Sequence record: NC_010152.1
DNA: 39,577 bases
Strand: one strand, 5' to 3'
Positions within the stretch are counted from its first letter, which is position 1. Each line of letters starts with the position of its first letter. The position numbers and the translations under genes were made by a program. Under the pieces are notes generated by a model, which saw only the letters and a program-made list of their open reading frames with translations, made no database searches and was not told the DNA's origin. Positions 16,422-25,264 of this stretch are shown one piece after another.

Positions 16422-16831
16422 ATGCTAGACAAGTTGTAAAACTAGACGTGGATGTGGATGTGGCGTGGTATGATCCCAACTGGCTTCTGGAGAAGAAATT
16501 GTCGCTCTTGCACGCCCTAGGCTACAGAGAGGAGAAAGCCTGGTGGGAGTTGTCACCCTCGGGGAGACATGTTCACTTGATAATTGTCCTTCCGAGTCCT
16601 CTCTCCACGAAGGAGCTCTTTGATCTTCAATTCCTGTTGGGCGACGATCCAAAGCGAGTTGAATTTAATTACCTGCGTTACAGCGCCATAGGGGAAGATG
16701 CTGTTCATTTTAATGTTCTCTATGCGTATAAGAAGTCCTTAACACGTGTTGATAAACTGAGGGCGATTTTCCGGCATTGGGCAAGATCTCTGCAATATTC
16801 GAAGAAGCGTAATGATGGACAAATGACGTAA
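16415..16831 (+). CDS. AEP (primase/polymerase)-like catalytic domain protein (138 aa; C-terminal part of ORF 16028-16831)
   Basis: GGAGG SD 8 nt before GTG 16415; KLDVDVD, SPSGRHVHLII and LGDD.KR motifs. Confidence 0.6.
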   Translation: MVDARQVVKLDVDVDVAWYDPNWLLEKKLSLLHALGYREEKAWWELSPSGRHVHLIIVLPSPLSTKELFDLQFLLGDDPKRVEFNYLRYSAIGEDAVHFNVLYAYKKSLTRVDKLRAIFRHWARSLQYSKKRNDGQMT

Positions 16832-16917
16832 TACAACACGCCCGGTATTTCCTCAACGATGGCGTAGCGTACCTGAACATTCCCTTCTCCTGCGAATCCT
16901 TCTTCCACAATTCTCAT
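16720..16917 (-). CDS. Hypothetical protein (65 aa, MRIVEEG...)
   Basis: TTTAAAT box ~28 nt upstream; overlaps the AEP-like ORF antisense by 112 nt. Confidence 0.45.
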   Translation of the reverse strand: MRIVEEGFAGEGNVQVRYAIVEEIPGVLYYVICPSLRFFEYCRDLAQCRKIALSLSTRVKDFLYA

Positions 16918-16974
16918 TTCATCTTTTTCTCTCGTGTAGATAAATTTAAATATTTTGTATCCTACCTTATACAC

Positions 16975-17334
16975 ATGGCGGAAGAGAAAAAAGAGGACGA
17001 AATTCTCTTACCAGAAGAGAATAAGAGTGAGACTGAGAAGATCGTGGAAAGCATTATCTCATCGATAGAAACTGATCTACCTTCGAACGTGGATTATGTA
17101 ACGGGAATATTAACTGACGAGGATAGGAACGTTCTCATCATCAAGAAGGGCAAAATATATGTTGGAAAGTCGCTCGAGGACGCAAAGCCGATAAAGGAAT
17201 ACATGAAGAATGCCGACGTTCCATTCTTAATAAATGCACTATACATCCTAAAGGACATGTTGCCGTCATATAAAGACATGTGGTCAGGGAAGCTCGAAGA
17301 GGAGGCTAGGAAAAAGTACAACGAGATATTCTGA
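16975..17334 (+). CDS. Hypothetical acidic protein (119 aa)
   Basis: TTTAAATA box ~25 nt upstream; typical composition. Confidence 0.75.
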   Translation: MAEEKKEDEILLPEENKSETEKIVESIISSIETDLPSNVDYVTGILTDEDRNVLIIKKGKIYVGKSLEDAKPIKEYMKNADVPFLINALYILKDMLPSYKDMWSGKLEEEARKKYNEIF

Positions 17335-17337
17335 ATG

Positions 17338-17718
17338 TCACTCTTCTTCTTCTCCTTCAAGGAATTTTTTCAATCTTTTCTTGTTCTTCTTCTTAAGAGG
17401 TTCAATTTCCACATTCTCTTGTTGTTGCTTTTGATTCACGAATTGTTGGGCTAACATCATTTGTAGCCAGTTTGTCGTGGATCCCTCACCGGGTCTAATT
17501 ATTCCAGACTGTATCAACAGTTGTACCATCTCATTAATATTGTTTAGCGCAACTTTAACGTCATCAAGTGTCCATTTTGCTTTTAGGTGATTGTCTAGAA
17601 TCTCAGCGACTGTTTTCACTGCTTTTTTCGTTTTATCTAGTTCCGCTTGTAGCTCCTCGACTTTTTTCTCCAGTTCCTCTATCCTCTGTTCTTCATTTTT
17701 CTTTTCTGGTTCACTCAT
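17338..17718 (-). CDS. Coiled-coil protein (126 aa)
   Basis: Heptad pattern IEELEKKVEELQAELDKTKKAV; overlaps the upstream ORF. Confidence 0.8.
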   Translation of the reverse strand: MSEPEKKNEEQRIEELEKKVEELQAELDKTKKAVKTVAEILDNHLKAKWTLDDVKVALNNINEMVQLLIQSGIIRPGEGSTTNWLQMMLAQQFVNQKQQQENVEIEPLKKKNKKRLKKFLEGEEEE

Positions 17719-18247
17719 TGTCTAACACCTCCTGGAGTTGTTTCCTCACATCGTCACTTCTCTGTGACTTCATGTAAATTACTACATACCCGTACTTCTC
17801 GTCATTGCCAAATTGTACACGTAATGATCTCATGTGGTTTCCTGCCCTCGTCTTGGTCTCCTGTAGTGTTTTTTCTAGTATTCTAAGGATGACGTCACTT
17901 AATGATACCATTACGACAGCGTCTCCGTCGTCAGTGATGTACGCCGTCGAATCTATCCCCATCTTTTTCAGCTTGGAGAGTATCTTGTTATTCACCTCCT
18001 TTAGATCAGCATCAACAAGCTCTTTCATACCGACCAAGAATAACTTGCCGTTCTTTATCTTGACTGACCATAACTCCTTGTTGATGTCAGCTGTTAGCTG
18101 TTCGGAGAATTCCTGGAAGGGGATTGCCACAACCACGGATTTCTCGTTGAGTGCGCCAGAGACTACTTTTATTCCCATATTTTCCAACGAAGAAACAAAC
18201 ACTTTATACACATACGCAACTGATCCTAACAGTCTAATTTTATCCAT
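17711..18247 (-). CDS. Hypothetical protein with internal duplication (178 aa)
   Basis: LENMGIK...VVVAIP versus LKKMGID...VVMVSL. Confidence 0.8.
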   Translation of the reverse strand: MDKIRLLGSVAYVYKVFVSSLENMGIKVVSGALNEKSVVVAIPFQEFSEQLTADINKELWSVKIKNGKLFLVGMKELVDADLKEVNNKILSKLKKMGIDSTAYITDDGDAVVMVSLSDVILRILEKTLQETKTRAGNHMRSLRVQFGNDEKYGYVVIYMKSQRSDDVRKQLQEVLDNE

Positions 18248-18291
18248 AAACTAGGATTGGGAAAAAAAGTATAAAAATATATTATCCAAGT

Positions 18292-18789
18292 TCATGCTCT
18301 TTTAAGGAGTGCGTCTTCGATGTCGGTCAACACTTTAGACATATCCACGGTGTGCGTCTTTCCGTCCTTTCCTATGAAAACGTAGATGTATCCAGAGGAT
18401 GTTCCTGTTGGAGCAATTGGCATCTTCTGCATTAACTCATACAAATAGTTATCATGCATTTGTGTCAACGATTCGCCCTTATAGTCCAAGATGTAGTTAG
18501 CAACAACTTTCTCTGCATACGCCATCAGTAGTCCTTGGAATGTTGGTGGGATGCCATACTTCTCGGCGACTTGCTTTGCCACTTGCTTAGCTAGGTGAGA
18601 TGCTTGATAATCACTTATCCAGTTGTATGTTTCTTGGTAAGACAACTTGTCTATTGCCTTAGCAACCCATGGATTACCAGCGACCTCTTTCCCAAGTACG
18701 TGGGCTGTCGTACCGACGTTCATGGTAAACCTTTTTGCGTAATATCTTAGGACTGAAGCTTGACTTAACCTCCTTTTCTTACCCGCCAC
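18292..18789 (-). CDS. Major capsid protein 1 (SIRV2 fold, SIFV/AFV3 type; 165 aa)
   Basis: Basic N-terminus MAGKKRRLSQASVLRYYAKRF and GIPPTFQGLLMAYAEKV, recognised as the betalipothrixvirus MCP. Confidence 0.93.
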   Translation of the reverse strand: MAGKKRRLSQASVLRYYAKRFTMNVGTTAHVLGKEVAGNPWVAKAIDKLSYQETYNWISDYQASHLAKQVAKQVAEKYGIPPTFQGLLMAYAEKVVANYILDYKGESLTQMHDNYLYELMQKMPIAPTGTSSGYIYVFIGKDGKTHTVDMSKVLTDIEDALLKRA

Positions 18790-18800
18790 CTTTCATCACC

Positions 18801-19415
18801 TCATAATCCTTTCTCAATTTCTTCAAGCGCTGAGTAGGCACTTTCCATGCTAGAGAATCCTTCAGTACCTTCGTAGTGTGGCGTGGTCGATATTCTAGCC
18901 TCCTGTAGTATTATGCCAGCATAGGAGTTTGGCAACGCTGGATTCTTTCTAACGATGTCATCCACAACAGAGATTACGTTGCTCTCATCGAGGACGGTCT
19001 CACCAAGCTCTTGGGCAACTGCTGGTACAATTCCCTTTAACGCATTTCCAGTCTCTGCAAGTATCTTTTTCACGACGTTTGGTTGTATACCTCTAGCTAC
19101 ATACTTTGCGTATAAGAATGAGGCAGTCTCCTTGTGAGTTAGATATACTGCGTAGATCGCCTCATTTATAATTTGCCATAGTGGGAACGTTGCGCCAGCT
19201 CCTGCTGAACTGGTAAGTGTAGTTCTTAATTGATTGTGTATCTTGGTGTAGATATTTACGAATACTTTCTCGTAATTACTGTAAGCTTGCTCTACAAACT
19301 CTTTTGCATAATCTTCTCCCATGTAGTTGACGAAGATACCATACAGTTTACCCTTCCATCTCGTCGAGGTGTCGTTTCTTACATCAAACTTCCTATGGGC
19401 TTGCCTACCTGCCAT
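18801..19415 (-). CDS. Major capsid protein 2 (204 aa)
   Basis: MAGRQAHRKFDVRNDTSTRWKGKLY..., tandem with MCP1 (heterodimeric capsid). Confidence 0.93.
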   Translation of the reverse strand: MAGRQAHRKFDVRNDTSTRWKGKLYGIFVNYMGEDYAKEFVEQAYSNYEKVFVNIYTKIHNQLRTTLTSSAGAGATFPLWQIINEAIYAVYLTHKETASFLYAKYVARGIQPNVVKKILAETGNALKGIVPAVAQELGETVLDESNVISVVDDIVRKNPALPNSYAGIILQEARISTTPHYEGTEGFSSMESAYSALEEIEKGL

Positions 19416-19474
19416 ACTTCATCAACGTATCTTCTTTTCATACAAATATATAAACCTTTGGATACAAACAATAG

Positions 19475-19768
19475 ATGATGAAGATAACAAAGACGACGTT
19501 CGTGAGGCTATGTTTCTGGGCATTATCGCAAGCGAGAATGTCTGGAATCAAGGTGGTACCGAGGATAATGTTACGATTTCTAGATGAAGTCAAGGCATCA
19601 CCACGCACAAAGGAGCGCCTGCTCTTGTTGATTGACGAGTTAGATACAGGGAAAATAACGCCAAGGGAGTTTGCCCGCCGACTATTTCTAGAGTACCCAC
19701 GTCCGACTAGAAAAGGTAGAGTGCTTTCGCTAAAGGAGTTTAAACGTATAACATCCCTCGGTAAATAA
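19475..19768 (+). CDS. Basic hypothetical protein (97 aa)
   Basis: Divergent from the MCP promoter (TATATAAA ~19447). Confidence 0.6.
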   Translation: MMKITKTTFVRLCFWALSQARMSGIKVVPRIMLRFLDEVKASPRTKERLLLLIDELDTGKITPREFARRLFLEYPRPTRKGRVLSLKEFKRITSLGK

Positions 19769-19948
19769 GTCAGATAGTGACGAGGGAATATAAAGCACTT
19801 TCCTCTTTGCGGTTCTCACACATTTTAGCGGAACAATTTTGTCTCCCACAACGACAGGGTAAACTTTCCCGACTTCGAAATTCGACTCTAAGTATGCGGG
19901 GATATACAAAACCTGCTTCCCCCCTATTTGCCTAAGGCAAAGACTCAC
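19730..19948 (-). CDS. Small duplicated-motif protein, possibly AbrB/swapped-hairpin-like (72 aa)
   Basis: [17 protein letters not shown] versus [17 protein letters not shown]. Confidence 0.65.
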   Translation of the reverse strand: MSLCLRQIGGKQVLYIPAYLESNFEVGKVYPVVVGDKIVPLKCVRTAKRKVLYIPSSLSDLFTEGCYTFKLL

Positions 19949-20412
19949 CTAACTATCACCCCATGTATTCCGCAGTCAATTTTCCTGTTGTAAGTGAAAA
20001 CGAGCTCGGCGCAATACCCGATAGAGTTTATTTGCATTGGGTTCAGATCGTCGTAAGCCTCAAACGTGACGATAGGATCTCCGTCATCATTGTACCCCTT
20101 CGTCGTTTTTTTCACTATGACGTGAGAATCAAGCCTCAACATTTTCCCTATATACACATACACGGCGTTGTTATAAAGGGTGAAGGGCGGTTTAACTTCA
20201 ATCTCTGTTGCACCGTTGTAGCCAAGCTCGGCTAGTAAGATGGGGACAAAAACCGGTGGAATCTTCTTAATGTGCTCGTAAGCGAGCACGACGTTATAGT
20301 TGTTAGTGCAAAGATCGTAATGATTATCATACTCGTCTAGGAATTTATACTCGTCGCCTCTGAGGCAGACGTATTTTTTACCTGAGGCGAGATACATCTC
20401 GTAGATTTTCAT
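19945..20412 (-). CDS. Hypothetical protein (155 aa)
   Basis: Operon packing with 4-nt overlap. Confidence 0.75.
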   Translation of the reverse strand: MKIYEMYLASGKKYVCLRGDEYKFLDEYDNHYDLCTNNYNVVLAYEHIKKIPPVFVPILLAELGYNGATEIEVKPPFTLYNNAVYVYIGKMLRLDSHVIVKKTTKGYNDDGDPIVTFEAYDDLNPMQINSIGYCAELVFTYNRKIDCGIHGVIVR

Positions 20413-20413
20413 T

Positions 20414-21046
20414 TTAAGTCTTCCCCTCCTTAGATATAATTTCTCTGCACAAGTTGAAAAAGTCTCCTATTGTCGCTACACATTCTGGCGAGGAACATTC
20501 CATGGCGAGTGCATTGAGTGCTGATTCGGCAGTATCCCATTTTTTAGCATACAGTGAGTAGAGCAATTCTAGAGCTGGCTTGTTGAAGTGGAAGTATCTT
20601 ATCACTCTAAAGCATTCTGGGTAATGCGAGTGTACATAGTCTTTCGCCCTATAATACATTTCTCCTCTAGACTGTACTTTGCCCGTTGCCAAGTTTAGTC
20701 TAGTCAGGATAGTGTCTAGATCTGCATTCTGCGTGTTGGTTGGTAAAGACGGTGGTCCGGAAACGAGTTTCTCTAGTTCCTCGCAGAGACGCTTCGCCTC
20801 GGTGTAAAGTAGGAATGCGTTTGTTAGCGTCTGGAATACTGGCATTGTATATGCATGATACGTGTTGAGGATGGGATCATAATACACGTGTAGGTGATCT
20901 CCTTTGACGGTTATATTGACAGAGACGGGATTGCATTGCACGAGAGCAAAGCCACGAATGTAATAAGTGTTATATCTCTTTTCCACTGGTATCTTCTTGG
21001 CAATGTCTAACAGTTTGACTAATGTCGCCGGTGTCCAATTTGCCAT
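20414..21046 (-). CDS. Hypothetical protein (210 aa)
   Basis: Long ORF at the head of an operon. Confidence 0.8.
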   Translation of the reverse strand: MANWTPATLVKLLDIAKKIPVEKRYNTYYIRGFALVQCNPVSVNITVKGDHLHVYYDPILNTYHAYTMPVFQTLTNAFLLYTEAKRLCEELEKLVSGPPSLPTNTQNADLDTILTRLNLATGKVQSRGEMYYRAKDYVHSHYPECFRVIRYFHFNKPALELLYSLYAKKWDTAESALNALAMECSSPECVATIGDFFNLCREIISKEGKT

Positions 21047-21121
21047 TGTGTATATCTAGCAAAACCAGCTTAAAAAATTTGGAGTAGTGATACCAGTCTA
21101 GATAAAATAGGCGTTGAGGTG

Positions 21122-21355
21122 ATGAACGAGAAGACGTCACCAATAGGAACGATCAAGAGAAAAAGGTTGACGTTTTCAGCAATAAAACGGGAAATGCGCT
21201 CAAGGAATGATAAGATAGTACAAGCAACAGTAATTGCAACGTTGGCTAAATTTATCATGTTACCTTACCTTCAATCACGTATTCCCTCGCACGTTTCTTC
21301 ACTTTCGCAACAAGATCGTCGTATTCGTCTTTCCCCATCGTCAAAGCGTGGTTAA
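21122..21355 (+). CDS. Small basic hypothetical protein (77 aa)
   Basis: GAGGTG SD immediately upstream; 3' end overlaps the glycosyltransferase antisense by ~100 nt. Confidence 0.45.
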   Translation: MNEKTSPIGTIKRKRLTFSAIKREMRSRNDKIVQATVIATLAKFIMLPYLQSRIPSHVSSLSQQDRRIRLSPSSKRG

Positions 21356-22094
21356 TCTCGTAGCGAAGCTCGTGAAGACTAAAATCCCACACTTTGAAGA
21401 AATTAACACCATCTGGCGTGTAAGTATACTCATCCACGGGATCAACGGGCAGTCCCACCAGGTTCTCACGATAGCCGTGTGCATTGACGAAGATTGGGAT
21501 AGTACCCACAGCCATTGCTTCCACGGGTGGTAGACCAAAGCCCTCACTCTTTGATAGTGCTAGGAAGAATTTTGCCCTAGCGTAAAGTTCGTATTTTTGT
21601 TGTTCAGTGAGGGAGAATGCGGGGTAATCAGGATTGCCCAGATTTCCAACGATAATCGTTTGAGAGCGTAAACCCATTTCTCTAGTTAGTGAGTCAACGA
21701 GAGTAAGGTTTTTCCTATCAAAGAACCTGCTTTCCCCCAGCGTCACAAACAGCTTATCCCTCTTTTCCTCCACTTGGATGGGGCGAATGTGCCTCTTCTT
21801 CATCCCCTTTGGCGGAAAACCAACCTTGACGAACATTTCAAAGTTCCACATCGATGCGACAATAAAGTTGTCGTAATGTGCCATTTCCTTCATGTAGAAA
21901 AGTGCGTTATAGACCGTATCTCCCCACAGCAAGCAGTGAACGTCATCCACTACACCCTTAATCCTTTTTAGAAAGAGTACGGGATCGTCAATGCAAACTT
22001 CAGCCTCAAACAAGTTTCTGGTAACGACAAACCCTTCGTACTTGGCTACATTCTCGTAAGAGCATTTCTCACATGGGACGTAAGCGAGAGTCAT
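21255..22094 (-). CDS. GT-B (GT4-like) glycosyltransferase (279 aa)
   Basis: FLALSKSEGFGLPPVEAMAVG (EX7E). Confidence 0.92.
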   Translation of the reverse strand: MTLAYVPCEKCSYENVAKYEGFVVTRNLFEAEVCIDDPVLFLKRIKGVVDDVHCLLWGDTVYNALFYMKEMAHYDNFIVASMWNFEMFVKVGFPPKGMKKRHIRPIQVEEKRDKLFVTLGESRFFDRKNLTLVDSLTREMGLRSQTIIVGNLGNPDYPAFSLTEQQKYELYARAKFFLALSKSEGFGLPPVEAMAVGTIPIFVNAHGYRENLVGLPVDPVDEYTYTPDGVNFFKVWDFSLHELRYEINHALTMGKDEYDDLVAKVKKRAREYVIEGKVT

Positions 22095-22378
22095 GGGTTA
22101 CACAACTTACTATTCTTCAACTCGGGTATATAAGTGCATAAAACAACTATTATTTGATTCAATACTTTAAATTCCTGGCTTTCATTTAATGCTTCTTTTA
22201 CTGTCTTTCTAATTCTTCTTTCGAATTCTTCACTCAAGATAATTTGTTGGACTATTTTTTCAATTTCCTTTTGAGTTTCTTCTTTTCGTGATTTGTTGAT
22301 TCTATATAGGTAAAATAGTACAGTAATGAATGTTGCTAATTCATATGTTATGAATTCCATCTCTAATATTAGAGACAT
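22091..22378 (-). CDS. Membrane protein (95 aa), probable virus-associated pyramid protein (SIFV gp43-like)
   Basis: N-terminal TM helix, helical body, C-terminal Cys pair; position relative to the MCPs matches SIFV gp43 as I recall it. Confidence 0.55.
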   Translation of the reverse strand: MSLILEMEFITYELATFITVLFYLYRINKSRKEETQKEIEKIVQQIILSEEFERRIRKTVKEALNESQEFKVLNQIIVVLCTYIPELKNSKLCNP

Positions 22379-22418
22379 GAGTAAAAATAAATAGAACGCT
22401 AAAATATAAATATTCAGG

Positions 22419-23222
22419 ATGCAGTTAGCTTACGCAGTTGACCACGAGAATAAGATAATATATTACGACGAGAAGATGAAGGATGTGATACCATCACTAG
22501 ATTATAAGAAAGTTAAAATTACTTCTAGCATATCTACATCGAAAATAAAAGAAGAGAAACTGTTTCTTTTTGTATCAAGTGTTGATAATACTTTATTATA
22601 CAAGAATGAGTGGTTGGGAACACACCCAAATGGTTTATTACTTCTACCCGGCGTATTTTTTAGAACGGCAAACGCTTCGATGGGATTCATTTTCCAAAAT
22701 CTTGGTTTGACTGCTTGGCACAACGTAATGATAGCACCGCACTCGAAGGGTGAGACTCCAAACGTTCCCATGATTTCATATTATGATAAAAGGCAATGGA
22801 AAGTGCATATTCTAACTAGACCTGCAGTGTTTGTTAGTGTGTATAAGAAATTGATGAAAATGATACTAGATTATGACGTTGCAATAGTTGAAACGACATA
22901 TACGTACCCATATAAATATCCGGCAGTTCTAGGAAAAGAGGTGTGTGCGTATGGTGTTATTTCTGCGACTAATGGCGTAGCAACTTTTGCAAGTTATTTG
23001 CCATCTATTATAGAGGTAAAGAGTGAATGTCCAAGCCTTGAAAGGGGAATGGAGGTGACTCTTGCGAGTGCGTATTCTGGTATAAGGAAAGGTAGAGTTA
23101 TAAGCACTAATGTGGAAATAGCGTATCACGTTGTACCAAAATTTTTGATACAAATAAAAAAGAGTTTCATGATAGATATTCCATCAATACCTGGTGATTC
23201 GGGCGGGGCAGTTTATATTTAA
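22419..23222 (+). CDS. Trypsin/chymotrypsin-like (PA clan) serine protease (267 aa)
   Basis: LTAWH (H101), DYDVAIV (D153) and PGDSGG (S261) in canonical order. Confidence 0.85.
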   Translation: MQLAYAVDHENKIIYYDEKMKDVIPSLDYKKVKITSSISTSKIKEEKLFLFVSSVDNTLLYKNEWLGTHPNGLLLLPGVFFRTANASMGFIFQNLGLTAWHNVMIAPHSKGETPNVPMISYYDKRQWKVHILTRPAVFVSVYKKLMKMILDYDVAIVETTYTYPYKYPAVLGKEVCAYGVISATNGVATFASYLPSIIEVKSECPSLERGMEVTLASAYSGIRKGRVISTNVEIAYHVVPKFLIQIKKSFMIDIPSIPGDSGGAVYI

Positions 23223-23281
23223 GTATTGTATCCTTTAGATATTTATATTTCTTGCACATTTATTATAGTTGAGGATAAAAA

Positions 23282-23497
23282 ATGAGCTACGCCCAAATAA
23301 GCTCTGCCTTAACAAGTGTAGCAACAAACCTAGTAGTAGCAATATCAAACTTCCTATCCGGCATCGCAAGCTTTATTGCCAACAACGCTGACCTATTCGT
23401 GGGAATTGCAATAGCAGGACTCGTCATCGGGCTAGTTGCGAAATTCGCATCAAGTCTACCATTTGTAGGGCAGTTCCTCAGCTATCTAGGTTTATAA
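23282..23497 (+). CDS. Small hydrophobic/amphipathic virion-type protein (71 aa)
   Basis: GAGG SD; long amphipathic helix plus TM segment. Confidence 0.75.
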   Translation: MSYAQISSALTSVATNLVVAISNFLSGIASFIANNADLFVGIAIAGLVIGLVAKFASSLPFVGQFLSYLGL

Positions 23498-23522
23498 AAA
23501 AAGTGAAGTGAATCTATTTTTT

Positions 23523-24515
23523 TTACAAGATTTTCTCCCACATTTTCGCAATTTCTAGATAGTTGTACTTCTCTCTGTATAGGATTGCCCTCCCCTCTAG
23601 ATTCTCCTTCTTCTTTTCTGGAGTCCAGTTAGCCAGAGCGACGACAAGTTTCTGATAAGCATCCTCCACATCGGGATCCAGAAAATACCCTACATGAAAT
23701 GGATTAGTATACCACAACTTAACCTTCCTACCTACTTTTATCCAGTAAACGTCGTCGCTAGATAGAACCCACTCACTCCAAGCACCCTTCTCGGTAACCA
23801 CAACGTCAAGACCGAGAGAAAGGGCTTCAATTACCGGAATTTCGAATGCTCCCCCTCTGACGGGATAAAAGAGAATGTCACAGCCTGCAAACAAGCTATA
23901 GTACTGATCGTCGGGGAGAGGAGTCTTGACGGCGTTTAATCCTCTCAACCTAGGTTCAAGCATGTTTGAAACTAGAATGACGGGGTAAAAATGATACCCA
24001 GAGTTCATGAGTTCGTGGAAAACCCTCACGACAACGTCGCCACCCTTTCTATCCCATGAATGCGGTAAAATTGCTAGAACGCAAGGGTGTGGGACATTAG
24101 CAGGTTTGTAAGAGAACATGTCGGGATTTAACGCATGAGGTATAACGTAGATGGGTTGTGGAATTGGGAGACGTAGAGTGTAGAAGGCATTTTTACTCCA
24201 CTGTGATGGTACAACAATCTCGTCAACAGGTTGTTGTCTGAAGAAGTATAAGGCAGTATGGCTAATTGCATCAGTGTCAGATACTTCAAAAACAACGTTT
24301 TTCCCGTGATGGGGAATTCCCTTCCAGAATAATTGGGTATTAAAAATCGTATAGTAAACGTAGGTATCATACCCTGGTGGTAATTTTTCTTTAGTCGTTG
24401 TATTCTTTTCAAAAGGCGTGACCTCGTGACCGAGTTCCTTTAATCCTTTCTCTAGAAGTTTGCCTTGTCTTCCAAATGAGGTGTCAACAAAGTCCCTTAC
24501 AAGGGCGATTTTCAT
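23523..24515 (-). CDS. GT-B (GT4-like) glycosyltransferase (~330 aa)
   Basis: DRKGGD and GAFEIPVIEALSLGLDVVVT. Confidence 0.92.
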   Translation of the reverse strand: MKIALVRDFVDTSFGRQGKLLEKGLKELGHEVTPFEKNTTTKEKLPPGYDTYVYYTIFNTQLFWKGIPHHGKNVVFEVSDTDAISHTALYFFRQQPVDEIVVPSQWSKNAFYTLRLPIPQPIYVIPHALNPDMFSYKPANVPHPCVLAILPHSWDRKGGDVVVRVFHELMNSGYHFYPVILVSNMLEPRLRGLNAVKTPLPDDQYYSLFAGCDILFYPVRGGAFEIPVIEALSLGLDVVVTEKGAWSEWVLSSDDVYWIKVGRKVKLWYTNPFHVGYFLDPDVEDAYQKLVVALANWTPEKKKENLEGRAILYREKYNYLEIAKMWEKIL

Positions 24516-24556
24516 ATGCATAATGTATAAAAGCTCAAATATAAATAGATTATACT

Positions 24557-24775
24557 ATGGCAGAGGCAGTTGCATTTCTAGCTGGTAGTAGTGGAGGAGG
24601 TATAGTCTCAGCATTAGAGGACATTGGAAATCAGATACTTGAATGGTTAAGAAAAATGTTCATGACAATTTGGAGGCATATAGTAGGACTATTTTATAGG
24701 ATGATAGACTATTTCATGAAAGATCCAGTAGGTTTCATTACAATGGTTGGTGAATTAATAGTATTCCTAGCATAG
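24557..24775 (+). CDS. Small membrane protein (72 aa)
   Basis: Amphipathic helix plus C-terminal TM; leaderless TATA spacing. Confidence 0.75.
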   Translation: MAEAVAFLAGSSGGGIVSALEDIGNQILEWLRKMFMTIWRHIVGLFYRMIDYFMKDPVGFITMVGELIVFLA

Positions 24776-24785
24776 GTGATCAACC

Positions 24786-25259
24786 ATGATAAGTATGGAT
24801 GACGTGTATTTCCAAATGATGCTTATGCCATTTCAAATACTGAAGATTCCGTATACTATAAAGAAAGAAGGTAATCTGTACAATGCGTATATTGACATTA
24901 AATCATTCCATCGTCTATTTATGTCAACTCTAGGTAAAATTACTGCAATAAAACAGGATGAAAACCTAATAAAACTATTACCAACTGGGACGACAAGTAA
25001 CATCTCAGTTAAAGAAATAGAACAAGGCATACACATAGATTTTGGAGGCTTCTCAGAAATTGAGTTAACTGACGATAAACTAGTAGAGAAATTAAGGGAA
25101 ACGTTCCAAGAGAGGTTTGGCAGTGAAGTAACTGTTAATAGGCAAGGTGATTATATCGTTATAAGTTGTAGTAGCCCATCACGTGTATTCATGAACGTGT
25201 TAAAGAGTTCGAATTCACCATTTGAGTTCAAGGATGGTAAAATTACTTTCAAGTTGTGA
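24786..25259 (+). CDS. Hypothetical protein (157 aa)
   Basis: AGGTGA SD; operon member. Confidence 0.8.
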   Translation: MISMDDVYFQMMLMPFQILKIPYTIKKEGNLYNAYIDIKSFHRLFMSTLGKITAIKQDENLIKLLPTGTTSNISVKEIEQGIHIDFGGFSEIELTDDKLVEKLRETFQERFGSEVTVNRQGDYIVISCSSPSRVFMNVLKSSNSPFEFKDGKITFKL

Positions 25260-25264
25260 GTTGA

